Translations under genes and position numbers: made by a program
Assembly: GCA_902797625.1 (NCBI GenBank)
Contig: CADBTU010000016.1
Coordinates: forward strand, 630 to 64,629
DNA length: 64,000 nucleotides
Source of the DNA: an uncultured Bacteroidota bacterium
Lineage (GTDB): Bacteria > Bacteroidota > Bacteroidia > Bacteroidales > WCHB1-69
Reading direction: 5' to 3'
Notes under the pieces: model-generated
What the model was told of the DNA's origin: nothing
What the model saw: only the letters and a program-made list of their open reading frames with translations
The model's database searches: none
In this document: positions 19,982-30,900 of the stretch, one piece after another
Layout: the number at the start of each line of letters is the position of its first letter
Numbering within the stretch: position 1 is the stretch's first letter

Positions 19982-20683
19982 ATGATGAAAAAGATAGAAG
20001 ATAAAGTATTGAGAAAAAAGTTAGTTGGATATTTGGAAACATTTGTTTCAGATGATCGTAAAGCAACACTTCAAAGAGTTTTGAAAAATAGAACAAGACA
20101 TATCACTGTTGTGCTTGAGGATCTGTATCAAACACAAAACATAAGTGCAGTGCTTAGAACTTGTGATTGTTATGGAATACAAGATGTTCACGTTTTACAA
20201 AATCGCAATGAATTTGAAATACACAAAGACATTAGCATGGGAGCTGATAAATGGTTATCAATAAGTGAGTATAGATTTGACGAGGACACTGAAAATGTAA
20301 AACATTGTATTAACAGTTTGCACGAGAAAGGTTATTTAGTTGCAGCAACTCTTCCAGATGAAAGACAGCGTACAATTTTTGATATTCCTACGGAACAAAA
20401 AGTTGCTTTTCTTTTTGGTACCGAACTTACTGGTTTATCAAATGAGGCCAAAAAATATGCTGATATAAATGTATTAATTCCTATGTATGGTTTTACAGAA
20501 AGTTTCAATATTTCAAATTCTGCTGCAATAATTTTGTCGCATACTTCAGAAAAATTACGCAAATCAAATACCCTGTGGCAACTCTCGGAAGATGAATCTG
20601 AGGAGCTTTATTTTGAGTGGTTACAAAAAAGTGTCAGAAATCCTGATGCTATGATAAGACATTATCTTTCTAAGTTATATTAG
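19982..20683 (+). CDS. trmH: SpoU/TrmH-family tRNA/rRNA 2'-O-methyltransferase (likely tRNA Gm18)
   Basis: 233 aa. Has NISAVLRTCD, FG.E..G.S and SFN(I/V)S.. motifs. Confidence 0.8.
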   Translation: MMKKIEDKVLRKKLVGYLETFVSDDRKATLQRVLKNRTRHITVVLEDLYQTQNISAVLRTCDCYGIQDVHVLQNRNEFEIHKDISMGADKWLSISEYRFDEDTENVKHCINSLHEKGYLVAATLPDERQRTIFDIPTEQKVAFLFGTELTGLSNEAKKYADINVLIPMYGFTESFNISNSAAIILSHTSEKLRKSNTLWQLSEDESEELYFEWLQKSVRNPDAMIRHYLSKLY

Positions 20684-21291
20684 CTAAGAACTTTTGTGTT
20701 CATAAGATCTTCATTGTAGAGTTTTCGCCATTTAATAAATCCTAAGCAGGCAACTACCGTATATATACAATATAGCACAGCGGTAGGGTGGAGGCCTTTC
20801 CAAAAATATAAACCAACACTTACCACATTAACAACAATCCATAGGATCCACTGTTCGAGGTATTTCTGTGATAGCATCCACATTGCTATAATACTTAGCG
20901 ATGTTGTAAAGGAGTCGCCAATTGGTACGGGACTATCTGTAAACTTATATAATATCAAATAAATAACTATCCACAAAATAACTGCCACTAAGATTATTGG
21001 CAAAATTTTTTTTGATGGAGTTTTAGAAATTTTAAAATCTTCCCTTTTTTTAATTTGTTCTTTTTTACGCAGCTTATAGCTCCAAACAGCAAGTCCATAA
21101 ATATTTGCCAAGATATAGTACATATTAAGGAAAGCATCTGCATAAAACTTGCCATTTAAATATATCACAACATAAAATATGGACATTAAAATTCCCACAG
21201 GCCAGAGCCAAACATTAGCTTTATATTCTAAAAACAGATATAATAATCCTATACACGCTCCAATTATCTCTACAATTTCCATTATCAACAA
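20680..21291 (-). CDS. pnuC: Nicotinamide riboside transporter PnuC family
   Basis: 203 aa, 7-8 TM helices, W-rich motifs (WLWPVG, WILWIVVN). Its stop codon overlaps the trmH stop on the opposite strand. Confidence 0.8.
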   Translation of the reverse strand: MLIMEIVEIIGACIGLLYLFLEYKANVWLWPVGILMSIFYVVIYLNGKFYADAFLNMYYILANIYGLAVWSYKLRKKEQIKKREDFKISKTPSKKILPIILVAVILWIVIYLILYKFTDSPVPIGDSFTTSLSIIAMWMLSQKYLEQWILWIVVNVVSVGLYFWKGLHPTAVLYCIYTVVACLGFIKWRKLYNEDLMNTKVLS

Positions 21292-21363
21292 ATTTTACAG
21301 AACATCAACGATTATTTGTTAATAATTATTACTGTGAAATAAAAAAAAAATAATAATAACTGT

Positions 21364-21371
21364 TACCTTTG
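21364..21371 (+). promoter_or_regulatory. -7 promoter box (TACCTTTG) for M23 peptidase/engB/META unit
   Basis: Exact TAnnTTTG 20 nt upstream of the ATG at 21391. Confidence 0.5.
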
Positions 21372-21390
21372 CAGCAAAATAAAGTTTAGA

Positions 21391-22692
21391 ATGAGGTCTT
21401 TATATAGAGGATTTTTTAAAATCCTAACATCCATAATCGTAATAATATGCGTAGCAAATACAGGTGTACTTAGTGCACAATCTGGAAAAAGCAGTGCGCA
21501 GTTAAAAAAAGACCGACAAAAAATAGAATCAGATATAGCCAACACTCAAAAACTACTCAAGAAAACAGAATCTAATCAAAAAGCTGCTGTTCAACAGGCC
21601 GCTCTTATTCGTCAACAAATTCGCAACCGCGAAGAGATGATTACAAACCTCAACTCCCAAATCATTAAAATGGATGATGAACAGGAACAAAACGAACGCG
21701 AAATAAAACAGTTAAACAAGAGGCTTTCTTATATGAAAGCTGATTACGCTCAAATTGTTTACAATGCCTATAGAAATAGACGATTATTAGACAAAATCAC
21801 TTTTATCTTATCTGCAGAAGATTTTTCTCAGATGTTCAGACGAATGCGTTACTATAGCATATTTGCCAAAAATATAAGAGAGCAATCAGAACAAATAACC
21901 AAAACATCTGAAGATTTAACAAAGAAAAACGAAGAAATCGAAGAATTACGAAGCGATAAACTTAATACATTATCAACCAAAGAGAAAGAAATTAAAAATT
22001 TAGAGTCAGATAGAAAGAAAAAGACTCAAAATGCAGAACAATTAAAAAAAGAATCTCAAAAGTTGAGTGCAGAACTCAAAAAGAAACAGCATAAACGTAA
22101 AGAGATTGATGCCGCAATCCAAAAAGCAGTAAAAGATGAAATTGCAAAAGCAAATGCTGAAAGAAAGAAAACTGCTAAAGAAAATGCAAAAAAACCTTCA
22201 ACTGAAACAGCTACAACAGCTTCATCAAAATCACGCGCAACAACAACAATCTCGATGACCCCCGAAGAAAAGAACCTTAATACATCTTTCGTAAACAATA
22301 AAGGGAATCTTCCTTGGCCTGTGGCAAAAGGCGCAAAAGTTAGCGACTTTGGAAATTATTCGCATCCAGATGTACCTTCAGTTCAAATTGAAAATCACGG
22401 AATTGATATAATGGTTGAATCTGGAACTTCAGCTCGAGCCGTATTCGATGGTGTTGTTACGAGCGTGATGAATATTATGGGCACAACAGTTGTAATGATT
22501 CGTCACGGTGAGTATCTCACGGTTTATCAGAATCTTGCAAATACAAAAGTTAACAAAGGAGATAAAGTAACCACTAAACAAACTATTGGAACTATTGCTA
22601 AAAGTGCAACATCTAATACCCATGAGCTTCATTTTGAAATATGGAAAAACGACAAATACGTCAATCCTAATGAATGGTTAGCAAGAAGATAA
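21391..22692 (+). CDS. EnvC-like coiled-coil M23 family metallopeptidase
   Basis: 433 aa. Signal peptide, about 250 aa of coiled coil, a T/S-rich linker, then a C-terminal M23/LytM domain (HGIDI, ..H.EIW). Confidence 0.85.
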   Translation: MRSLYRGFFKILTSIIVIICVANTGVLSAQSGKSSAQLKKDRQKIESDIANTQKLLKKTESNQKAAVQQAALIRQQIRNREEMITNLNSQIIKMDDEQEQNEREIKQLNKRLSYMKADYAQIVYNAYRNRRLLDKITFILSAEDFSQMFRRMRYYSIFAKNIREQSEQITKTSEDLTKKNEEIEELRSDKLNTLSTKEKEIKNLESDRKKKTQNAEQLKKESQKLSAELKKKQHKRKEIDAAIQKAVKDEIAKANAERKKTAKENAKKPSTETATTASSKSRATTTISMTPEEKNLNTSFVNNKGNLPWPVAKGAKVSDFGNYSHPDVPSVQIENHGIDIMVESGTSARAVFDGVVTSVMNIMGTTVVMIRHGEYLTVYQNLANTKVNKGDKVTTKQTIGTIAKSATSNTHELHFEIWKNDKYVNPNEWLARR

Positions 22693-22696
22693 GACA

Positions 22697-23302
22697 ATGA
22701 TTATTAAAACAGCTTCATATATTCAGAGCGAATGCGACTGGAGGAAATGTCCAGCACCAATATTTCCAGAGTATGCTTTCATTGGACGTTCTAACGTGGG
22801 AAAATCTTCCCTTATCAATATGCTTGTAAACAACAAAAGCTTAGCTAAAACGTCATCAAAACCTGGAAAAACTCAAACCATCAACCATTTTATAATCAAT
22901 AATAATTGGTACCTCGTTGATTTACCAGGATATGGGTTTGCTAAAATATCTAAATCAATGCGCGAAAAATGGCAAAAAATGATTTCTGATTATCTCCTTT
23001 TTCGCGAGAATCTCCAACTTGTTTTCGTTCTTGTGGACTCTAGAATAGAACCTCAACAAATAGATATAAACTTTATAAATAATCTTGGTGAAAGCGGTAT
23101 TCCTTTTGCAATTATTTATACAAAAACAGACAAAATATCTAAAGCTAAAACAGATTCTACTATCCAAAAAATGAAAAATGTTCTTTCAGAAACTTGGGAA
23201 GAACTTCCTCCTATATTTAAATCTTCTGCTATTGAAAGTGCTGGAAAAGAAGAAATTTTGAATTATATAGAAAAAATTAATAACAATTTTAATAATATCT
23301 AA
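22697..23302 (+). CDS. engB: Ribosome-biogenesis GTPase YsxC/EngB
   Basis: Has GRSNVGKSSLIN (G1), DLPGYG (G3) and TKTDK (G4). Confidence 0.9.
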   Translation: MIIKTASYIQSECDWRKCPAPIFPEYAFIGRSNVGKSSLINMLVNNKSLAKTSSKPGKTQTINHFIINNNWYLVDLPGYGFAKISKSMREKWQKMISDYLLFRENLQLVFVLVDSRIEPQQIDINFINNLGESGIPFAIIYTKTDKISKAKTDSTIQKMKNVLSETWEELPPIFKSSAIESAGKEEILNYIEKINNNFNNI

Positions 23303-23303
23303 A

Positions 23304-23750
23304 ATGCAAAAAATAGCATATTCCTTGATTTTTGTATCTTTAATTATGGCTTTTTCTTGCTGTAAATCTTCAAAATCAACCAAATCTTTAAATAAATTAC
23401 AACTTGTTGCTACTCAATGGAATCTAACCCATATTGAAAACGAGGATATTAAAAATGAATTTGCTCTTAGACCTTTTATAATTTTTGATTCAGCAGGAAC
23501 GCTTCGAGGTAATTTAGGTTGCAACTCTTTTTTTGGAGAATATCAATTATTTAGAAAAAACAAAATTAAAATAGATTATAAAGGTGCTACTAAACGTCTT
23601 TGCGACAAGATGGAAGTAGAAAAGATATTTATTAATGCTATGAAAAAAGATATAACCAACTATAAAATAGAGAAAAATGAACTCATTCTGTTTTCAGATA
23701 AAACTGAAATTATGAGATTCACGGGAGTAGATTTTAGGGAAGTTGAATAA
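23304..23750 (+). CDS. META-domain (HslJ-like) lipoprotein
   Basis: Lipobox-like MAFSCC. Has W.L..I and GCNSFFG.Y motifs of META domains. Confidence 0.7.
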   Translation: MQKIAYSLIFVSLIMAFSCCKSSKSTKSLNKLQLVATQWNLTHIENEDIKNEFALRPFIIFDSAGTLRGNLGCNSFFGEYQLFRKNKIKIDYKGATKRLCDKMEVEKIFINAMKKDITNYKIEKNELILFSDKTEIMRFTGVDFREVE

Positions 23751-23752
23751 TA

Positions 23753-25135
23753 TTAGAGCATTGGTACACAGGTTATTACATCATATAAACTGTCTATTTC
23801 AAAATCATTTTTCATAGGCTTAATTAAAGCTTTATCTTTTTCTGTATTTCCAGTTCCTAGATCCAAATCGCTTGTGAATTCAACTTTTATAGCTGTTTCT
23901 TTATAACCGAATTTTGAATAGAAATTTGTTAAAGCTTTATCTTCGGGTATTAAAAACGCAAAATTAAAGTCTTCTTTTTTACATCTTTCAAAAAAAGTAT
24001 TCATTAGTTTTGTTGAAATCCCTTGATTTTGATATTTTGGATCAGTTGCAACACCATAAATATATGCTGCCTTACCAATATTTGTTTGGCATGGAATTAC
24101 AAATAACATTGCAACTATATGACCATCAACTCTTTCGACAAAAGAACAATGATTAAAATAGTATCTTGACAAGAATTGAAAAACTGTAGTATCATCCTTT
24201 CCAAAACATTTTTTCCACACGCTAATAATGTCGCACATATCGTTGTTTTTAAAGAGTGCTGTTGTTTTAAAATTCATTTTCTCTGGATTATACGACATTT
24301 TAGACTTTCTTAAACCTGGCAATCCAAGGTCCTCTTCTCTATTAATGTAAACATATTTTTCTGGAAGGTGTTGAGTAAAAAGATAATTTATCATTTGATA
24401 AACTCCTTCATACTTTATATCGCCTTTTTCAACGTGAGTACAAAAAGTTTCAGGGTTAATTTCACTTCCATAGGTAAAGGCAACAATTTCATTATCTACA
24501 AAAAGTGCGCCTCCAATAAGACCTAATGAATCAAAATTATCGAAAGCTCCCTTTATTGCAACATACTCTGAAACAGCAGATTCGTCGTTACAATGTTGCT
24601 TAACCCATTTTTCCTCTAATTTTAAGCAATGATGAATATTATTTTTTGTAATCGGTTCATATTCATAGGAATATAACGATTTAAATTTGTTTATATGATT
24701 CCGTTTTTGTGCTAATTTTTTTCCCTTTAAGGTTTTTAAAGATTCAGATAAATATATATAATCAGCAAAATCACGATTTTTATCAAAAATAAAACAATTG
24801 TTACAAGAAGCTTCTACCAACTCACATTCATCTTCACTTAAGCCCATCAGAGTGAGAGTTTGATTAAATTGAAGAGCATCTTCAAGAAGAACAGGTAATA
24901 TTTCTTTATAATCAGGTTTAATTTGCTGAGAAACAGGGATATACGCCATTCTTCTTTCTCCATTTATATAAGCACGAATAATAAGCCAGTTTCTATATTC
25001 AACCCATTGAGTTTTGTAAAAATGTTGCCAACAAAACAGATTAACAAAAGCTCTGTCGCAGGTTTTAGAATTTTTTTTCAAATAGAGATCAAAGAGACTC
25101 TTATTGTCGATTAGTATAGATTTGAAATTTAGCAT
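23753..25135 (-). CDS. DUF2156 (MprF C-terminal-like) domain fused to a C-terminal GNAT acetyltransferase domain
   Basis: N-terminal ~300 aa show DUF2156 features (FVNLFCWQHFY, KRNHINKF, EDLGLPGLRKSK). The C-terminal ~150 aa have the GNAT motif A (YGVATDPKYQNQGIST.LM). Start moved to ATG 25135 because codons 1-5 of the track ORF are the U-tract of the gldJ terminator. Confidence 0.65.
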   Translation of the reverse strand: MLNFKSILIDNKSLFDLYLKKNSKTCDRAFVNLFCWQHFYKTQWVEYRNWLIIRAYINGERRMAYIPVSQQIKPDYKEILPVLLEDALQFNQTLTLMGLSEDECELVEASCNNCFIFDKNRDFADYIYLSESLKTLKGKKLAQKRNHINKFKSLYSYEYEPITKNNIHHCLKLEEKWVKQHCNDESAVSEYVAIKGAFDNFDSLGLIGGALFVDNEIVAFTYGSEINPETFCTHVEKGDIKYEGVYQMINYLFTQHLPEKYVYINREEDLGLPGLRKSKMSYNPEKMNFKTTALFKNNDMCDIISVWKKCFGKDDTTVFQFLSRYYFNHCSFVERVDGHIVAMLFVIPCQTNIGKAAYIYGVATDPKYQNQGISTKLMNTFFERCKKEDFNFAFLIPEDKALTNFYSKFGYKETAIKVEFTSDLDLGTGNTEKDKALIKPMKNDFEIDSLYDVITCVPML

Positions 25136-25138
25136 AAT

Positions 25139-25178
25139 AAAAGAAAACAAGCCCTTCCGTATTTTTCAGAAGAGCTTG
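25139..25178 (-). terminator. Intrinsic terminator after gldJ
   Basis: Minus-strand RNA CAAGCUCUUC-N11-GAAGGGCUUG (10 bp including one G.U pair) followed by UUUUCUUUU. Confidence 0.55.
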
Positions 25179-25199
25179 CAGGTTATATTAAAGAACGAT

Positions 25200-26699
25200 T
25201 TATCTGCGTTTTCCTTGCGTTTGAGAGCCTACGCGAGCCATGGCACAGCGGAATCCGATATAGTCAGTAGATTCATCTTCGTCTAAATAGCGACGCGTGC
25301 CTGGTGAAGACCAATAAGGAATGTCTCTCCAAGATCCACCTTTATATACTCGGGCGTAGTCACTAACGAGTGAATAATCGTAATTGGTATTTATGTTCTT
25401 TGAGTACATCATGTTTGTAGATTCAGTATTAGTAGTTGCATTTTTCCAGTCATCCATATCTTTTAGAGACTGCCAATCGCCATCAAGATAGTTTTTATTA
25501 TCGGCGGCGCGGTAATTACGTCTTCTATCATTTTTAAAGTCTGATACAGGAACCATAGGTATTTTACCTACGCTGTCGCGTTCAGCAACCGTACCATCTT
25601 CTAATAATTTTTTAGTTTCGAAATAGTTACCACGGAATGGGTTAAATTCTGTAGCATCATCATGAGAAGTTTGTCTATAAACGTCCATTACCCATTCGGC
25701 AACATTACCAGCCATTTGATACAATCCATAGTCATTAGGCCAATCTGTTTTAACTTCTTTAGTTTTGAAGCCAGCGTCGTTAAGTGCACTTGCAACACCC
25801 ATCAAATCACCCCTACCACGACGGATATTAGTCATAAAGTCGCCGTAATATCTTTTATCTTCAGTACGTAACTGTTGTCCGTTCCAAGGATAAACTTTAC
25901 GTTCAAGAACGCGTTCATTGAGAGTGTTACCAACAGTGCTATAAGCTGCATATTCCCATTCTGCTTCGGTAGGAAGTCTATATTTTGGTAATAGAATACC
26001 GTCTTCCATCTTAACATTACGATATTCACCACTTGATATATATCTTAGACGTTTTTGTCCTTCTGCTTCGTATGATTCATAGGTAAGATACGCATCAGTA
26101 TTGAAATAACCTTCCGCAGATGGTGTTTCAGCAAATTCGATATAGCCACGGTCAACGAGAATTTGCTCATTCACACGGTCGGTGCGCCAAGCAGCATAAT
26201 TTGTTGCTTGCAGCCAACTTACACCCACAACAGGATAGTACCTATAAGCAGGATGGCGGAAATAGTATTCAACATCTGGCTCATTATAACCGAGACGATC
26301 GCGCCAAACATTTTCATCAGGAAGAGCGTTATCATAAACCACTTTCAAATCCTGAGGAATAAAAACGCGTTCCAGCCAATGGAGATACTCCAAATAGTCC
26401 ACATTGGCAATTTCGCATTCATCCATATAGAAAGAAGCAACAGAAACTCTACGAGGAGTGTTGTTCCAATCTTTCATCACATCTTCTTCCATCTGCCCCA
26501 TCACAAAAGTGCCACCTTCAATAAAAACAAGACCTGGGCCTGTTGCCTGTTCTTCGAATGGTGCTACTTCAAAACCGCCATTCTTTGCATCATTATAATT
26601 CCAACCTGTCGTAGCAGATTGTTGTTTTTTACAGCTCGACATTCCTATCAATATAGCTGCAATAGTAAATAAACCAATTATTTTTTTTGTTGTATTCAT
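25200..26699 (-). CDS. gldJ: Gliding-motility/T9SS lipoprotein GldJ (SUMF1/FGE-like fold)
   Basis: 499 aa. Lipobox GMSSC, early TGWNYND, GLVFIEGGTF.MG and YGLY.M.GNV.EW (FGE-sulfatase-like). Adjacent to porU-porV, as reported for Flavobacterium. Not GldK, since no gldLMN follows. Confidence 0.75.
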   Translation of the reverse strand: MNTTKKIIGLFTIAAILIGMSSCKKQQSATTGWNYNDAKNGGFEVAPFEEQATGPGLVFIEGGTFVMGQMEEDVMKDWNNTPRRVSVASFYMDECEIANVDYLEYLHWLERVFIPQDLKVVYDNALPDENVWRDRLGYNEPDVEYYFRHPAYRYYPVVGVSWLQATNYAAWRTDRVNEQILVDRGYIEFAETPSAEGYFNTDAYLTYESYEAEGQKRLRYISSGEYRNVKMEDGILLPKYRLPTEAEWEYAAYSTVGNTLNERVLERKVYPWNGQQLRTEDKRYYGDFMTNIRRGRGDLMGVASALNDAGFKTKEVKTDWPNDYGLYQMAGNVAEWVMDVYRQTSHDDATEFNPFRGNYFETKKLLEDGTVAERDSVGKIPMVPVSDFKNDRRRNYRAADNKNYLDGDWQSLKDMDDWKNATTNTESTNMMYSKNINTNYDYSLVSDYARVYKGGSWRDIPYWSSPGTRRYLDEDESTDYIGFRCAMARVGSQTQGKRR

Positions 26700-26723
26700 T
26701 GTTATAATATTTTTCTATGTTGA

Positions 26724-27812
26724 TTAAAATGATGGACAAATAAGGTCTTTAACGGCTTTACGTTTATTTGGACAAGGAAGTAAAATTTGCATTGATACTT
26801 CGTGGCTTCCTCCAGTAGCATTTTTTAATTTACTAATTGTTGCATCATAAGAATATGCAACTTTAAACCAACTATACTCCAATCCAAACATAAAAATGAG
26901 AGCATCCATATTATGGAAAGATTGATCAGTATAAATTGGATTATTATTTTCATCTATGCCATTATAAACATGACCTTTGTAAGTAAGACCATGACGCAAC
27001 CACATACCTACTGTGAAAGGATAAAAATTTAAGTAACAACCTTCACTAAAATAGTTAAAATTTTGTTGATGTTGATAAATAAAATTAGGACTTATGGATA
27101 TATCTCCAAAAGATGTCTCTTTCTTACTCTTACGTTTTAAATCAAAATATCCTCCTACGTGAGCAGTATATTTAACAGGGCGGTATTCGTAAGGGTCGCC
27201 TGGATTGTTAGAAGAAAGAAAACCATGAGCTCCAGTAATCGGAACCATGTGATGAACAGCGAGACCAAAATACAAATGCGGAGTGTAACCCAAGAAACCA
27301 GCTGCCATATCAAAAGAGTGGATTTTACCAGACTTTCCATCAAAATTTTCAGATGTTTGGTAAACAAAACCATACCTAGGGTCTATCATATCTCCAAAAG
27401 TGAGTTTTTCCCAAGAAATACCGCGAAACTCGTATGATGCTTGAAGAGCGAAACGCAAATTAAACTTGCGAGCTACTTTCAATTTGAATGAATACATTGC
27501 GCTTGCAGAATATGTATTGATAATTCCTCCCTCTCCCGCACGATCACCAAAAAGGAGTACACCTATTCCTCCTGAAATCTTATCAAAATGCTCGTCATAA
27601 GACGCGGTGTATGTCATAAATGTGCCAGGAGCTGCAGGCCATTGGTCGCGAAAATGAAGTGAAACTCGTGGACAAATATTTGTTCCTGCGAAAGCTGGGT
27701 TTAAATACAATGGATTTGCAAAATATTGCGAAAACATTGCATCCTGTGCTTTCACAGACACTCCCGAGACTGTCAGCACAATGGTCAATATGGCAATTAT
27801 CTTTCTTTTCAT
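26724..27812 (-). CDS. Type IX secretion system membrane protein, PorP/SprF family
   Basis: 362 aa. Signal peptide then QDAMFSQYFANPLYLNPAFAG, the family-defining N-terminal motif. Beta-barrel-like alternating sequence. Confidence 0.85.
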   Translation of the reverse strand: MKRKIIAILTIVLTVSGVSVKAQDAMFSQYFANPLYLNPAFAGTNICPRVSLHFRDQWPAAPGTFMTYTASYDEHFDKISGGIGVLLFGDRAGEGGIINTYSASAMYSFKLKVARKFNLRFALQASYEFRGISWEKLTFGDMIDPRYGFVYQTSENFDGKSGKIHSFDMAAGFLGYTPHLYFGLAVHHMVPITGAHGFLSSNNPGDPYEYRPVKYTAHVGGYFDLKRKSKKETSFGDISISPNFIYQHQQNFNYFSEGCYLNFYPFTVGMWLRHGLTYKGHVYNGIDENNNPIYTDQSFHNMDALIFMFGLEYSWFKVAYSYDATISKLKNATGGSHEVSMQILLPCPNKRKAVKDLICPSF

Positions 27813-27834
27813 ACTACTTTATAATATAAGCGGG

Positions 27835-27842
27835 CAAAGATA
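27835..27842 (-). promoter_or_regulatory. -7 promoter box (TATCTTTG) for porP-like/gldJ unit
   Basis: Exact TAnnTTTG on the minus strand, 23 nt upstream of the ATG at 27812. Confidence 0.5.
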
Positions 27843-27885
27843 CAAAAATATCTTCTACTTTAAACGTCTGTAATTTTAGTTTTGT

Positions 27886-27893
27886 TACATTTG
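27886..27893 (+). promoter_or_regulatory. -7 promoter box (TACATTTG) for porU
   Basis: Exact TAnnTTTG 68 nt upstream of the ATG at 27961. Confidence 0.4.
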
Positions 27894-27960
27894 CACCGCA
27901 ATAATTTTAACGGCATTCCGTTTAAAAAATTGCATTACGGTTTAACTAAATTAACGATAA

Positions 27961-30900
27961 ATGAAGTTTCTTTCTTGGGTGAAAATTTTTCTTTTTTTTG
28001 TGTTGTTGTTGTATATTGTTGATATTCAATCACAAACAATAAGAAAAACTTATTATTTTTCTTGGACTGACCCTATCTCTTTTACCTTTTCTGATGGTTA
28101 TACTATTTCGTGCTTGAATTTTGAAAATGCGATTTTTCTCAAAGAAAATCCCAAATTACCCTCTTTTTATGAAAAATTACCTGTTGATAAAAATTTTTCA
28201 AATTATTCCGTAAAAGTTATCTCTCAAGAACTCTCAGATTTAGATTTTGAGTTATCTAAACTTATTCCCGATGATTTTGACTCTAAGGATATTTCTTTTG
28301 ATGTTAAGACAGTTACAGAAAAACATAAAAAATATACTCAAATATCCTTTGTCCCGATTATTAAAACTTCAAAAGACAGATATAAAATCGTTACTTCTAT
28401 AACCTTAGAAATTGAAAGTATCGAAGAAGAAGCTCTTCGACCCTTAAAATCTTATGTTTCTCAATCGGTGCTTGCAACAGGACAATGGTATAATTTTATT
28501 GTTAATGAAACAGGTATTTTCAAAGTTACACATAGTGATTTATTAGCTATGGGGATGAGCGATCCTATAAGTTCAAATCAATTAGCTCTTTTTGGAAACG
28601 GGGGTTCTATGCTTCCTGAAGATAATTCCATTAAACGTATTGACGATTTAAGAGAAATTCCTATACACATTTTTGATGGTGGTGATGGTAAAATTGACAA
28701 TAACGACTATTTTATCTTTTATGGAGAATCGCCACACACCATTAAATTTGACACTATAAATCATCAATTTTCTCACGTATTCAACATGTATTCTAATTAT
28801 TCTCATTATTTTGTAACACAAACACCTGGAATTGGTGAAAAAAAACGAGTTCAAAGTGTTGATAACAGTACTCTTCAAGAAAATAAAACAGTTGATGATT
28901 TCACTTTTTTCGATTTTGTAGAAAAAGATCTTTACAATTTATGTGAATCTGGAAAAGATTGGTTTGGAGATCGTTTCGATATAACTCTAAATAGAGACTA
29001 TACAGTACAATTACCTTCAGTTCCTACTGGTGCTGGGCGTATTTCAGTGCGCGGTGCTTCCACGGCTACAACGGTATCTCAATTTAAAATATTCGTCAAT
29101 CAAAGTCAATTGGGCAACATTACTCTTGTTGCGCCTAATAGCAGTGCTATTGCTCGTATCTCTTCGGGAACTCTGCCGCTGAATGTTGCATCTTCAAATC
29201 TAAAAATAGGCATCAATTACACTAAACCAACAACGTCAGCAACAGCTTATTTGGATTGGATAGAAGTTGAAATTCCCTGTAAGATAGCATTATATTCAGG
29301 ACAAACACCTTTTCGTAATTTCTCTACAGTAGGTTCCAATAATGTTACCAAATTTATAATCACAAATGCTTATGAATCAGCGTATTTATGGGATGTTACC
29401 GATCCCGCTGAAACAAGTAGGATTTTATTAAAAAAAGAGGATCAAACACTTTTTTTTAAAGCCAAAACAGAAAAATTGCGTGAATTTATAATATTTGATG
29501 GTTCTAATTATAAAACTATCACTCCCTTATCTTCAGTTCCAAATCAAAATCTTCACTCAACAACCAATGTAGATATGGTGATTGTGGCACATCCCGATTT
29601 TTTGACGCAGGCTAATAAACTTGCCACATTTAGAACTGAAAATGACGGTTTAAGTGTAAAAGTTGTAACACCTCAGCAGATTTATAATGAATTTTCAAGC
29701 GGCTCTCAAGACCCTATTGCAATTCGTGATTATGTTAAAATGATCTATGATAAAACTAACAAAGCTTACCCGCAATTTCTACTCCTTTTCGGTCGGCCAA
29801 GTTACGACTATCGCGGTATCGTAAAAGGGACTTCAATATATGTTCCTAATTATCAATATTACTCTTCTAATGGTGTAATCTCTGAGTATTATCTTTATTC
29901 TAATGATGATAATTTAGGATTGTTAGACGACGACGAAGGTGATAACGCTTCAGGATTATACGATATCTCTATAGGTCGTATTCCTTGCACAAATCAAGCA
30001 CAAGCAGATATAGCTGTTGATAAATGTATTCGCTACACCGAAAAAAGAAATCTCATATCTCCAAATTCTTCTCAAATTTCAAATCTTGGAGATTGGCGCA
30101 ACATGATGGCTTTTGTGGCTGACGATGAGAATGCTAACGATTTTGTTGTCAATGCTGAAAAATTCTCTAAAATTATTGAAAATCAAAATGCTAATATCAA
30201 TTTCGATAAGATTTATTTAGATGCTTATCAACAAGTTTCTAATGCTGGAGGTCAACGTTATCCAGCTGCTGTTAGCGATATTAACAATCGTATGAATAGA
30301 GGTGCTCTTTTCTACACCTACATCGGGCATAGCGGTAAAGATGGTTGGGCAGCTGAACGAGTTTTAGAAAATTCGGACATTAACAAGTGGACCAATAAAT
30401 TCAACTTAACTATACTACTTTCATTATCTTGCACTTTTGGTTACTACGATAGAAATGTTTTGTCGCCCGCAGACTTGATTCTTTTTAACAATAATGGCGG
30501 TGCTGCCGCAGTTATCGCCGCGGATCGTGAAGCATGGTCTGCTCCTAACAATAGCTACGGAGGGCACCTATTCTCTGCATTCTTTGGTGAGGAATTAGGA
30601 AGAAAAATGACTGTAGGTGATCTCAATAGAGTTGCGAAAAATAAATATGGTGGAAGCAAAACTAATCTCGCAATGTTTGTGGTTTTTGGCGATCCTTCGA
30701 TGTCTCTCGCAATCCCTAAATACTCTGTCGTTACCGATTCTATTAACCATAACCCCTCCTCAAAAATTGATACAATTCGCGCTCTATCAAAAGTTAACGT
30801 GTGTGGACATTTGGAGGATATTAACGGTAATGTTTTGTCTGATTTTAACGGCAATATTTATCCTTCAGTTTATGATAAAGCTTTAATAGCTAAAACTTTA

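Noticed and set aside
20680-20683. Convergent trmH and pnuC stop codons overlapping (TTAG read as TAG on + and TAA on -)
   Set aside because: Simple compaction of convergent genes. No hairpin or other signal. Noted only as a curiosity.
26163-26672. 169-aa plus-strand ORF (and the overlapping 80-aa ORF at 26120)
   Set aside because: Entirely antisense to the well-supported gldJ gene. His/Cys/Ile-rich composition is typical of a shadow ORF.
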